Assembly: GCF_009914755.1 (NCBI RefSeq) | Contig: NC_060938.1 | Strand: one strand, 5' to 3' | DNA from: the human T2T-CHM13v2.0 reference genome, Homo sapiens | Length of the DNA: 64,000 bases | Shown here: piece after piece, positions 1 to 19,499 of the stretch | Layout of the letters: every line of letters begins with the position of its first letter | How positions within the stretch are numbered: position 1 is the stretch's first letter | The notes under the pieces: model-generated | Told to the model about the DNA's origin: nothing | Database searches by the model: none | Seen by the model: the letters and a program-made list of their open reading frames with translations, nothing else | Program-made: the position numbers and the translations under genes

Positions 1-55
1 GGGGGCTGTGTTCATGCTTTCCCCTGGTTAAAGAAAAAAAAAATCAAACATTTAG

Positions 56-408
<353 letters not shown>

Positions 409-439
409 AGATGGAGTATTTTTTAAAACAAGCCTACAG

Positions 440-664
<225 letters not shown>

Positions 665-1597
665 GCAAGTCTAAGCCACCATGTCGTTTCACCTATAAAT
701 ACTTCAGTCTGCCGCTGTGGTGAAGACACTTTGTGTGAGGACACCATGACATCATCACAGCTGACAAACTTGATGATTTCAGTTTCTCGGGCTGTCAAGC
801 CTGATGCTGTGTCTCAGAGCCTGGCTGCACAGGAGCCTAGAACAGCTGCCTGGCCTCCCTGCTGAGCAGTTCAGGGTCGGGTGTCGAGCGTGCAGCCCCC
901 AGTTCTGAACCCTTCTCCAGAGCCCAATTCTTCCCCCCTGACCCCGCTGCTCGATGCCTAGTGGCATCCCTGCCCCTCCCCATCTCCTGCAGACGGGATG
1001 CTCAGTGCTGTCTGAAACCTGGGCTCCTTCCATCTCCTGCCGGATCCCTGGCTGTGCTTTAGGCCACCTCAGGAGACCCCCTTCTGGGCCAGACAGCCTG
1101 GATCTTCCCTACCTTGCTGGCAAGCCAGACCGGACCACAGAAGCCTTTCGGAGTACCAAGTTCCCTCTTGAAGGAAGGAGGCTTGTTTAAGGGGAGCCTC
1201 CCCTGCAGGAAGTCCGTGCCCTCCTGGGGCGTTCCAGGGGGTCCGCAGGTCAACTCTAAGTTTCAATAAAAATGGGGCACACGCGCACACCACCCTGCGC
1301 TAGGGAGCTGGGGCGGGGCTGCGGGTAGCACACACTTTCTCGCTGACTGCCCCGGATCTCAGGGGACCCCGGCGTGCGGGAAGCCGGAGAGGACGTGAGA
1401 TTCAGGGGCTCTGGAACACAGGTGACGCCTGGGCTTATAATGCGGGCCAGTTAAGAACAAATTTGGCTATTTAGGCTGAAAACACGAGTAGCTGCTCTAG
1501 CAGACTGAATAAGTAATTATGAAAAGACCTTGAACTTGGGTTATAAATTGAAAACCTCCCCTTCCCAAGCCCCCTCCAGCCCCGCGGCCAACTGCAG

Positions 1598-1616
1598 GTG
1601 CGCCACCTGGTGGCAG
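1598..1616 (-). promoter_or_regulatory. CTCF-type binding motif in a small CpG-enriched patch
   Basis: Minus strand reads CTGCCACCAGGTGGCGCAC, close to the CTCF core CCACCAGG(G/T)GGCGC; GC box GGGGCGGGGC at 1310-1319. Confidence 0.65.
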
Positions 1617-2715
1617 AAGAGCAGAGCACCGCCCCTCTCTCCAGCTTGCCAGGGCTGATTCTGACCTGGGGAGGGTTGGGGTGTGGAGAGAGAAAGGGAA
1701 ACTCTAGTTGACTTTCTGGGTGGGGCGTATGTTTCAACTGACCTTCTGAGAGAGCTTTCAGAGGTTCTTGGAGAACCCCAACGTTGCTGATCGCCTCTCA
1801 GCTGCAGTCCCCTGGACCTGAATGAAGGTGTTCTGTTTAGGTGCGGCCTCCTTCTGCAGCCCTGAAGCACCGGGAGGGCTGCCTCCATCGGCCTCCTTCC
1901 TGCGGAGATCCCACCGCCCTCCGGGGAAGCCCGCTAGACAGGATCTTAGACGACCCGTCCCATCCTTGCTTGGAGGTTCACATCTGGTCTCAGGGGACAC
2001 TTGTGCCTCCCACACCCACACCTTGCACCAGTGGGTGGGCAGTTACTGCCTTCCACATGCAGCCTTCTCTGGGCAGCTGGCGCTTTTGAGGCACTGGTCC
2101 ACAAATCGCAGATGGCACACCTCAAGCCCTCCAAGTGGCTTAGGCAGAAGTACCCTCCCTGGTCCTCCCTCAGGAGAAGCAGGGTTGGAATCAGCAGCTC
2201 AACTTTCTCCCAAAGAAATCCTCCTTGCAAATATTACTTCTGAAAATGTCTAATTCCCAACGCTTTAGTACTCTTATCGTGGATGAGGATGCCCAGGAGG
2301 TGTCTCGGGAACCTCTTTTGTAACTGCTGCTCATGGTCTAACAGTGCCTCTGGAAGACACATCTATTGGATCTTGGCTCCTCGGCTGAACGCTCATTTCA
2401 ACATCCAGTTACATAACCACAAACATTATTGCACAAGTTTTTTGTACATGTTTGCAAGAAATTATCTGGGATCCTACCTGGAAATGGGACTACTGATTTT
2501 CTGGGGCATGCATTAAATATTGCCAAACCATTCTCCACAGCAGCTCCACTGGCAGCCTGGGAGTCTCTGTTGCTCCACTTCCTCATCCATATTAGGAATT
2601 GTCATTTCATCTCATCTCATACAGACCCGAGAAGCAGGATCCATCGCCCCTCTTTGAAGAGAAGAAAGAGGGTATATTAGGCTGTTCTTAAACTGCTATA
2701 AAGAAATACCTGAAG

Positions 2716-3613
<898 letters not shown>

Positions 3614-3786
3614 TTATTCAAGGCAGAATGTGAAGTGGGAGCAGACAGTTCGCATGGCAAAAGCAGGAGCAAGAGACAGCGGAGAGGAGCAGGTGCCACA
3701 TGCTTTTAAACAACCAGATCTTGCAAGAACTCACTTGCTATCACGAGGAAGCACCAAGGGGATGGTACTAAAACATGAGAAGTCCA

Positions 3787-3922
3787 CCCCCGTGATCCAG
3801 CCACCTCCCGTCAGGCCCCATCCCCGTGATCCAGCCACCTCCCGTCAGGCCCCACCCCCGTGATCCAGCCACCTCCCGTCAGGCCCCACCCCCGTGATCC
3901 AGCCACCTCCCGTCAGGCCCCA
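3787..3922 (+). repeat. Minisatellite, 4 x 34 bp (CCCCCGTGATCCAGCCACCTCCCGTCAGGCCCCA)
   Basis: Units at 3787, 3821, 3855, 3889; one mismatch (first base of unit 2). Confidence 0.95.
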
Positions 3923-4357
3923 CCTCCAACACTGGGGATTCCCATTCAACATGAGACTTAGCAGGAGCACATAGCCAGTGTATCAGAGGGTTAGAGAGAC
4001 TGAGGTACTTGCCCCAGGTCACTCAGTAAGTTGGTAACAGAGCTAAGGGTGGAACTCCCAGTTCTCACAGCTACATTCTGTGCTGGCGTTCTCAGCCTGG
4101 TGTCTTCAGAGCATTATTAGAGTGGGTGCTGCTAGAGTTTCAAATAATTTGAGACTGTGCTGCACACTGCACATGACATATAGAGATGTGAGCGCCAGTT
4201 GCCTCTGAAAGGCATAGGAAGGTTATACATTTGGGCATTTCCCCATCTCGAGCATCAGACACCTTTGCTCCTAAGGCATTAGTGATTGGCCCAGGGATCA
4301 ATGTTCCACACATCCATCTTGGGAAATGCTGTGGGAGAAGGTTAATCATACAGAGGT

Positions 4358-4635
4358 GGCCCGGCATGGTGGCTCATGCCTGGAATCCCAGCACTTTGGG
4401 AGGCCGAGGCAGGCGGATCACCTGAGGTCAGGAGTTCGAGAGCAGCCTGGCCAACATGGTGAAACCCCATCTCTACTAAAAATACAAAAATTAGCCGAGT
4501 GTGGTGGCGGGTGCCTGTAATCCCAGATACTTGGGAGGTTGAGGCAGGTGAATCACTTGAACCCGGGAGGCGGACGTTGCAGGGAGCCCAGACTGCATCA
4601 CTGCACTCCAGGCTGGGTGACAGAGTGAGACTCCA
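4358..4635 (+). mobile_element. AluS
   Basis: Alu dimer consensus. Confidence 0.9.
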
Positions 4636-6376
4636 TCCCTGCCCCGCACCCCCCAACCCCCGCAAAAAAAGAATGTGGTTATAACATTTCAGCTTATAAC
4701 ATTGGGACGATTCCTCCCTCCTTACCAGGACCGAACTAGGAAATGGCCAGAATTCCTGTCATGGTAAGACTGATGTCACATGCTCAGTGACATTTCTGAG
4801 ATTCTTTTGGCCAAATGGGCTTCAGAATCACTTAGGTTCTCCCAGGCCCTCAGACTGTGGCGACTGAAAATAGAATGGACTGTGATCACCACCACACTGC
4901 CCAGCTGCCCCTTGACGCCCATGGGGTTCCTCTGCACGGGGTTCCCCTGTTTTCATGTGGCTTATTTTACTCTGATTCACACAGAGGAGGCAGGTTTAGA
5001 AACACAGCATCCGTTTGTCTGCATTTAAAACAATCCTTGGGAGAAGCAGGCAGCAGCCCTGTAGTCCTGGCCACAGTGGCAGCTGAGGTAGCCCCTCCTC
5101 ACCTTCAATCACTGCTCCTCCATTTGAAAGCATTCTCAGAAACTGATGCTACAGGAAAGGCCTCTACCTTGTTCTGGCAAGTTCCCTCCTGCACTTCTTT
5201 CCCAGGCTGAGGCAGCTCCAGGGCTCAGACGTCAGCCAGAAGTAGGGGAGGGAGAGGACTCAGCCAGACATAGGGATCTGGGGTCCAGAGGGCAGCCGCA
5301 CAGCCACCACGCTCGTCTGCCATGCTCGTGATACCTGCCCACCCCATAGCAGAGATGTTTCTGTTAACCACTTATAGAATGGTGGGGCTGCAGTGACGCT
5401 CAGGGGTCGTCTTGGGGGAGCATCTCCCAAAGTATGTTCTGTGAAACCCAATTCCAAAGCATGTTAATAGCCCCTGTGTTGGGGAGGCACTGAGCTAGAC
5501 GCATTAATATGCCCTGTGAGTCGAGAAGGGCTATTGTGTTCATCTATTCACCCAACAAACACCACCCCTACCCTGAGGCAGCACATCCTAGGGGCCGGGG
5601 ATACCAGAGTTCTTGCTCTCATGGAACTGTGAATGGAGAAAGCAATGAAGAGGCTGAGGAGACTGTTCCCGCTGGAGATGGGCGGGGAGGGGCCGGTAGT
5701 CACAAGGGCTACTTAAGCCCAGGCACGCAGAGGAGGTGGCTTTTGAGCAGAGAGTGTGGTGACAGAATAAGGGCCTGAGACTTGCAGCCAGCTGGGGACA
5801 CCCCTGGCTGAAGATACCAGGGCATGGTGTGAGAGTGCCAGGTCCCCGAGGCTGTCTAACTGCACAGCTTCTCCTTCCTGGGACATCACTGCTAGGCCAG
5901 AGACTCAGCACACCTCGGGGGAAAGGCTCTTTTGCCCACTCCCTCTTTTTAAAGGCAGAATCAAAGCCCTTTGGAGAACAGGGATTTACCCAAGGTTGCT
6001 GTGACCTTAGCTCGGGCAGCCCCCAGCTGCCCACCTTTGCTTCTTTTTAGAAAATGAAGGTTAATGTGCTTTAAATCATAAAACTAATCCAGACTCATTA
6101 TAGCAAATTCAGAAAGAAGCCCAGCCATATCACTACCACCCTGAAATAGCACTATTACTTCTGAGCACATTTCCTTCCTGTATTTCTTTTTCGAGTAGTT
6201 TTGGATGTGTTTCCATAGTTAACATATTGCATATACAATGCTTTCTATTGCTTTTTTCATGTAGCTTTATAGGCATTTTCCCATGTCATTATAACTTTGT
6301 TATAAATAACTCCTATCAGCTGCATAACATGATGCCATAATCTATATCACTGCTCCTTGACAGTCTTCTCATATTG

Positions 6377-6979
6377 AAGATTGTGATGGTGATGATGATG
6401 GTGGTGGTGGTGGTGCTGATGATGGCAGTGATGGTAATGGTGATAATGTTGATGCCAATGATGTGGTGATGCTGGTGATCATGGTGGTGATAATGGTGGA
6501 GATGGTTACGGCGTGATAGTGATGATGATGGTTGTGATGTTTCATGGTGGTGGTGATGGTGGTGATGCTGCTGCTAGTGGTGATGGTGATGAAGGTGATG
6601 GTGATGTTGATGATCATGGTGATGATGATGATGGTGATTGTGGTGGTGACGATGATTGTGATGCTGAGGTGATGGTGATGGTGGTGATGCTGATGATGGT
6701 GGTGATGATGATTGTGATGCTGAGGTGATGATGGTGATAGTGATGGTGATGATGATGAGGATGATTGTGATGCTGACATGATGGTGATGGTGGTGATAGT
6801 GATGGTGATGATGATGATGATTGTGATGCTGAGGTGATGGTGATGGTGATGGCGGTGTTAGTGGCGGTGATAGTGGTGGTGATGCTGAGGTGATGGTGAT
6901 GGTGGTGATGCTGATGATTGTGGTGATGATGGTGGTAATGCTGATGGTGGTGATGATGGTAATGATGATGGTGGTGATA
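6377..6979. repeat. Degenerate (GAT/GGT)n triplet repeat
   Basis: Mixed GAT, GGT, GCT, AAT and TGT triplets. Confidence 0.95.
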
Positions 6980-6983
6980 CTGT

Positions 6984-7414
6984 TGTGAACTCCCAAAGTT
7001 TGAAACAGGTTTCAGTTAATTTAGAAAGTTTATTTTGCCAAGGTTCAGGACACACACGTGACACAGCCTCAGGAAGTCCTGACAACATGTGCCAAGGTGG
7101 TCAGGGCACAGCTTGGTTTTATACATTTTAGGGAGACATGAGACATCAATGAATATATGTAAGAATTACATTAGTTCCATGCAAAAAGGCAGAGACAACT
7201 AAAAGCAACCCCCCCACCCCTTCCCTTCCAGGTCACAGGTAGGTGAGAGACAGATGGTTGCATTCTTTTGAGTTTCTGATAAGTCTTTCCAAAGGAGGCA
7301 ATAAGAATATGCATGTATCTCTGTGAGCAGAGGGATGACTTTGAATAGAATGAGAGGCAGATTTGTCCTGAGCGGTTCCCAGCTTGAAGGGGCCCAAGAT
7401 ATTTTCCTTTCACA
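6984..7414 (-). mobile_element. MER4A-family solo LTR (ERV1)
   Basis: TG..CA termini; minus strand begins TGTGAAAGGAAAATATCTTGGGCCCC; imperfect 4-bp TSD CTGT/CTGG; homologous to the LTRs at 55110 and 62071. Confidence 0.88.
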
Positions 7415-7416
7415 CT

Positions 7417-8115
7417 GGTGATCATGGTGGTGATGGTGGTGATGGTGGTGATGGTGGTGGTGATGGTGGTGGTGATGGTGATGGTGGTGATGGTGGTGGT
7501 GATGGTGGTGGTGGTGGTGATGGTGGTGATGGTGGTGGTGGTGATGGTGGTGATGGTGGTGGAGGTGGTGGTGGTGGTGGTGATGGTGGTGATGGTGATG
7601 GTGGTGGTGATGGTGGTGATGGTGGTGGTGATGGTGGTGATGGTGGTGATGGTGGTGGTGATGGTGGTGATGGTGGTGATGGTGGTGGTGATGGTGGTGA
7701 TGGTGGTGATGGTGGTGATGGTGGTGGTGATGGTGGTGATGGTGGTGGTGATGGTGGTGACGGTGGTGGTGGTGGTGACGGTGATGGTGGTGGTGGTGAT
7801 GGTGGTGGTGGTGGTGATGGTGGTGATGGTGGTGGTGGTGATGGTGGTGATGGTGGTGGTGGTGATGGTGGTGGTGATGGTGGTGATGGTGGTGGTGATG
7901 GTGGTGATGGTGGTGGTGATGGTGGTGATGGTGGTGGTGATGGTGGTGATGGTGGTGGTGGTGATGGTGGTGATGGTGGTGGTGGTGATGGTGGTGATGG
8001 TGGTGGTGGTGATGGTGGTGATGGTGGTGATGGTGGTGGTGATGGTGGTGATGGTGGTGGTGATGGTGGTGATGGTGGTGATGGTGATGGTGGTGGTAAT
8101 TATGGTGATAATGAT
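7417..8115. repeat. Near-pure (GGT)n GAT triplet array, ~700 bp
   Basis: Almost only GGT and GAT triplets; three variant triplets (GGA, GAC, GAC) in the core. Confidence 0.97.
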
Positions 8116-8189
8116 GATAATAAAAAATACTAAAGGCCACCCTTACTGAATGCCATTTCTCCACAGTGTACTTGTGCTTTATATGCTCC

Positions 8190-9750
8190 TTCCATCAACA
8201 TTTAGACAGGCTCAAATATTTCCTGTTAGAAAAAAACCTTCCTGGTCCATCCCTTTGCCACAGAGCTCTCTCGGGGCCCTCTTCTCTTCTCCCTCCACCT
8301 TCTCCCCAGGCTATCTCATCAGCTCCCTGGGGCTCAGCCGCCTCTTCAACCCTTACAAGGTCCCAATCACTATCTTTGACTCAGCCTGTCTCCTAGCTTC
8401 AAACCTCTGTGTTCAACAGCCTGCAGGATGTCTCCATCTGCTCATTCACTGGAGCCTCCATCTCTACATGCTCAAACCCAATTCATCCACTTCTCCCCCA
8501 AAAACCCGCATGCCATCCTCCCAGTGGCCCATGCCAGGCATGTGGGTGTTCCTCTTGCCTGTATCAGCAAGCAGCCAATAAGTGACAACCTCGATAGCAT
8601 CACTCAGCGAGCTCTTACCCACCCCTTGCCAGGTACTGTTGGAGGCGCCTTATGCATGACGGCTCCTTCAACACTCTCAACAGCCCTGTGAGAGGGTCAC
8701 ACAGTGAAACAATTGGGATTTTAACCCATGTAGTCAGGTTTCCAAGATCACACTCAACCACGGCACCATTCTGCCTCTCCCAGAATCGAGGGCTCTGCTC
8801 TATGAGGAGCCAGGGCACGTGTCCACGTCATCTCTCCACGGATGCTGCCTATGCCCTGGAGGGCCACCATCACTGCTGGCCTGGCTGCAGCCATGTTGAC
8901 CTTCCTCCAGGCAGTCTGAGTGACCTTTCCAAACCATAAATCTGACCATATCACTCTCCTGCTTAAAAATTCTTAGGAAAAAGCTCCTTCATGTTACACA
9001 CAGGACCGGTCAGTGAGCTCTGGTTCCTCTCCAGCACCATCTCTCAGCTCCTGCCACAGAGCTTTTCTCTGTCCAACCACCACGGCAGCCTCTCGTTGCC
9101 ACCTGGTCTTTGCTCATGCTCTGTGCCCCCAACCCTCTTCCTCTCATCATTCTGGCCAACCACCATAACTTTCAGAACTCAGCTCAAAAGTCACTTCCAG
9201 CAGGGCACAGTGGCTCACACCTGTAATCCCAGCACTCTAGGAGGGCAGGGCCAGTGGATCATCTGAGGTCAGGAGTTCGAGACCAACCTGACCAACATGG
9301 TGACACCCCGTCTCTACTAAAAATACAAAAATTAGCCGGGCATGGTGGCAGGCACCTGTAGTCCCAGCTACTCAGGAGGCCGAGGCAGGAGAATCCCTTG
9401 AACCCAGGAGGCGGAGGTGGCAGTGCGCCAAGATTGCACCACTGCACTCCAGTGTGGGCGACAGAGCAAGACTCCGTCTCAAAAAAAAATAAAAAGTCAC
9501 TTATTCCGAGAAGGCTTCCCTGAGTGCCAAGGCTGGTTCTTGTCCCTCCTCTGTGTCCCCACCTCTGTTGTACTTCCCTTCTCATGCTGAATTGTGGGTG
9601 TAGGTTTATGTGCCTCCAGCCTTTCTGCCAATCAGCACCCTAAGGTGGAAGCACTCTGCATCTCGGGCACTCTTCTTTCCCATCACCTAGCACAGTGCCT
9701 GGTGCCCACACGTTATCAGAAGTGTTTGGTGAATACATGAAGGAGTGGAC
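8190..9750. mobile_element. Degraded L2 fragments with an Alu at ~9200-9495
   Basis: L2-like motifs (aaatctgaccatatcactctcctgcttaaaa; cctagcacagtgcctgg) plus Alu consensus. Confidence 0.6.
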
Positions 9751-10258
9751 TGTGAGCCTCTGAACTTGCAGTACGCTTTGCCCTTCACACTTCACCCTGA
9801 GCATCTTTTCTTGCTTTGGGTGTTTTGCTATGGCAGAGGAGACTGCAGTGAGCAGCTGTCCACTGAGCTTTTCTTTTAGTTAAATTTATTTCTTTGAGGC
9901 AAATGCCCAGAAGTGGAATTACTGAGTTAGCAGGCAAGATCATCTTTATGTCTTCTGATATGTTTTGCAAAAATGAATTCCAAAATTATGGTAGCAATTT
10001 GGTAGATTTTTTTCTTTTTTAGCAACCTAATCCTCTCTCCCTTTTTAAGTGTCTTCCTGGCGGAAGCCACACAAAGCTATTTTTACCTAAAGGCTGTAAA
10101 CCTCATCATTCTCCAAGGAGAAAGTCGGGCATGTGTGAGGAAGCTATCTACCCACCTCACAGGCTCATCAGCCCTATGCTCTTGCCAAGCTCTAGGTCAT
10201 TTTGGAAAAGCAAGTTGAAATTATATTCCAAATTAGGCAGTGGTTTTGCGAAAGAAGG

Positions 10259-10259
<1 letters not shown>

Positions 10260-10295
<36 letters not shown>
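10260..10295. repeat. (CA)n microsatellite
   Basis: Perfect CA run. Confidence 0.95.
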
Positions 10296-10299
<4 letters not shown>

Positions 10300-10475
10300 C
10301 ACACATATTCATCTCCATTTCGGGGCTAAATTATGAACATCTTTATCACTCAAAGAAACCAGAAAGTTATCAAAGCAAAACCAGTGAACTTTGCCAGGTG
10401 AATGTTACGAAGTTTGGACGTGGAAGTAGCTCGGAAGTTGGGGGATCACCTGGTTTTCACACTTTGTTTCAACAG

Positions 10476-11008
10476 TGTGATGGTTAATTTCATGTGTCAA
10501 CTTGACTAGGCTAAGGGATGCCCAGAGAGCTGGTCAAACCTTCTTTCTGGTGGTGTTTGCGAGTGTTTCCAGAAGAGAATCAGTAGACTAAGGAAGCTTG
10601 ATCTCACCAATGCGGGGGTAGGGTGGGGGGGCGGGGGGGTCATCATCCAACTTGTTGAGAACCTGAACAGAACAAAAAGGTAGAGGAAGGGCGAACTTTC
10701 TCTCTCTGTTTGACATCTACTAGGACATCAATCTTCTCCTGCCCCAGAACGTTGAAGCTCCTGGTTCTCAGGCCTTTGGACCTGGACTGGGATTCCCACC
10801 ACCAGCTCCCCTTGTTCTTAGGCCTTCAAATGTGAACTGGAACCACACCACCCGCTTTCCTGGGCCACCAGTTTGCAGATGGCTGATCATGGGACATCTC
10901 AGCCTCCATAATCGCATAAGCCAATCCCCCATAATAAATCTCTTTCTATTTGTCTATACACTATACATCCTATTGGCTCTGTTTCTCTGAAGAACCCTGA
11001 CTAATACC
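10476..11008 (+). mobile_element. MLT2-family LTR (ERVL)
   Basis: Starts tgtgatggttaatttcatgtgtcaacttgactaggctaagg; ends cctattggctctgtttctctgaagaaccctgactaatac. Confidence 0.85.
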
Positions 11009-11751
11009 AGCAGCAAAACCTTTTTTCAGATGAAATCATACAAGAAAATCCACTCTGTAATAAGGTTAAGAATGGGGCTGCTCTGGCAGAAGCAGTCAGA
11101 GGTGGTGGTGACTCAGAAGCACTCTCACCCTATCTTGTTCCTTCCTCCTCCCTAACACCCCCTGCCCTGGCCACCTCCACCTGCCCCACGGGGCTCCAGA
11201 GTCTGCCATCTTGGAGCGGCCTCTGGAGGAAACAGAGGCTCAGGGAGAGGAAGGACCTGCCCAAATCCCCACAGTGAAGGGTGGCAGAGCGGGGTCTACC
11301 TGCCGGGCTCCTGGCTCAGTCTTGGGATGGTTCTCAACTATTGTCTTGACAGGAGCCTGCTCAGTTATTCACAGTTACAATGCACATCTTTTCAAGGACG
11401 GCCCGAGGTGGCTGGTTTCCCCCAGTGGTTAACCACCCAGGTGCCCCCAGGTATAGTTTGGTTTTAAAATTCTTCCAATTTAAGTTCCCCTATTACCAAC
11501 ATTTCTACTTACTTGATTTTTAAGAAAATCACCCATTGCATGTAGAACAGGTGGACATTTATTGAAATGCAACTGCAATAACATCCCCTGGAAATTAACT
11601 TCCTCTCATTTGCCCCTGTGAGTCTGTCTCATTTCTCATTCCTTCTGTTCTGTGCTTTTTTTTCTCTTTTATTTCTTGCACATTGTGAGTTTTCAATTTT
11701 TTTTTGAAGAAGCATATTTTAATTTTATTTTTCAGTATTTCAGTTATCTAA

Positions 11752-13253
<1,502 letters not shown>

Positions 13254-13444
13254 GATTTCTTCTTTAAGCTAAAACTTACCTATAATAGAAGAGTATTTTA
13301 TACTTCTAATGTTTTATTATGTTTTTATGGTTATCTGGGGTTTTTTTTTTTTTGCACTCCAGTGAAATTTCTGAACTCTAAGGATAACATTCTGTATATA
13401 AGTAATCTGTTTGTTCTGCCAGAAGCTGATATCAGATTACTTAT

Positions 13445-13975
13445 GTACAGAATGTTCCCCTTACATCCACCCCAATATGCCCAAACCTAATGCCTGTGAA
13501 TATGTAGGTTACATGGCAAAGGGGAATTAAGGTTTCAGGTAGAATGAAGGTTGCTAATCGGATGACCTTAAAATAGGGTGATTATCATGGATCATTACAC
13601 TGGCAGCCACTGGGGCCAATGTCATCACAAGGGTCCCTAACAGTGGAAGACAGAGGCACAGGAGGTCAGAGGGAGACACGACTGCCGACAAAAGGTCAGC
13701 GATGCCATGTGAGAGAGACTTAACCCCCGCGGCTGGCTTTGAAGAGGGCCCCATTCTAAGGGGCCACGAGCCCAAGAATATGGGCAGCCTCTGAGAGAAG
13801 GTGGAAGAGGCAAATAAACTCACCCAGAGCCTCCAGAAGAATGCAGCCCTACTGGCACCTTGGCTTTAGCCCAGAGAGACTTTTGAGCTCTGGAACCGTA
13901 AGATAATAAAAATGTGTGTTGTTTGAAGCCACTCTGCTGTTGGTAACTTATGTTAGCAATAGGAAACTGATATGA
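13445..13975 (+). mobile_element. MLT1D-like MaLR LTR
   Basis: cctgtgaatatg..ttacatggcaaaggggaattaagg..gttgctaatc; ends taagataataaa..agcaataggaaactgata. Confidence 0.75.
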
Positions 13976-14009
13976 TATGTGAAAAAGGGACTCCAACTGG
14001 TTACCAGGT

Positions 14010-14734
<725 letters not shown>

Positions 14735-14919
14735 GACTACCAGATTTCTTATCTGCATTTGAAACTAGAAGTTTCTAGACCTGAGAAAAGGGGACTGCTA
14801 GCCTAAAATCTCCTGGCTAAGATATCATTCACGTGGGAGGGCAAAATGAGGGCATTTCTACCAGAAGTGGTTCAGGTGTGTGTCTTTCTAAACTAATCCT
14901 CTCTGATACCTCCTGAGCT

Positions 14920-18815
<3,896 letters not shown>

Positions 18816-18996
18816 TACCTGTTTTTGTCACTAAAGTTCTCTTGGAACACAGTGACATCCACTCACATATGGTCTATGGCTGTCTTCAAGTCAAAGGCCA
18901 AGGGAAGTAGTTGTGTTCCCGGAAGCAAGTCAGGTCCAGCTGCCTCTTCTTGAGTCCCAATAATGAGAAGCAGACAAACTAGCGAAGAAGGGAATT

Positions 18997-19323
<327 letters not shown>

Positions 19324-19499
19324 TTATTGCTGTAACCGGATACAGGCAGAAGGCCAGAGATAATTCCACCAGACCAACTCAAAGTGTTAGAATTGCTTAT
19401 ACAGGTTGGAGTTATGTGCCTACGTGCAGCACAACATTCGCCTAAGTCTATTGGTAACTAATTTTGTTTCAACTAGAAGGTCAGAGGCAAAAAAAAGCT

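Noticed and set aside
3787-3922. CRISPR-like array (34-bp repeats)
   Set aside because: No spacers, eukaryotic context; it is a plain tandem repeat
7199-8164. 321-aa poly-His ORF and overlapping Gly/Asp and Met/Val ORFs as protein-coding genes
   Set aside because: These are translations of a triplet repeat. The His ORF starts at GTG and ends in LTR sequence, with no gene structure
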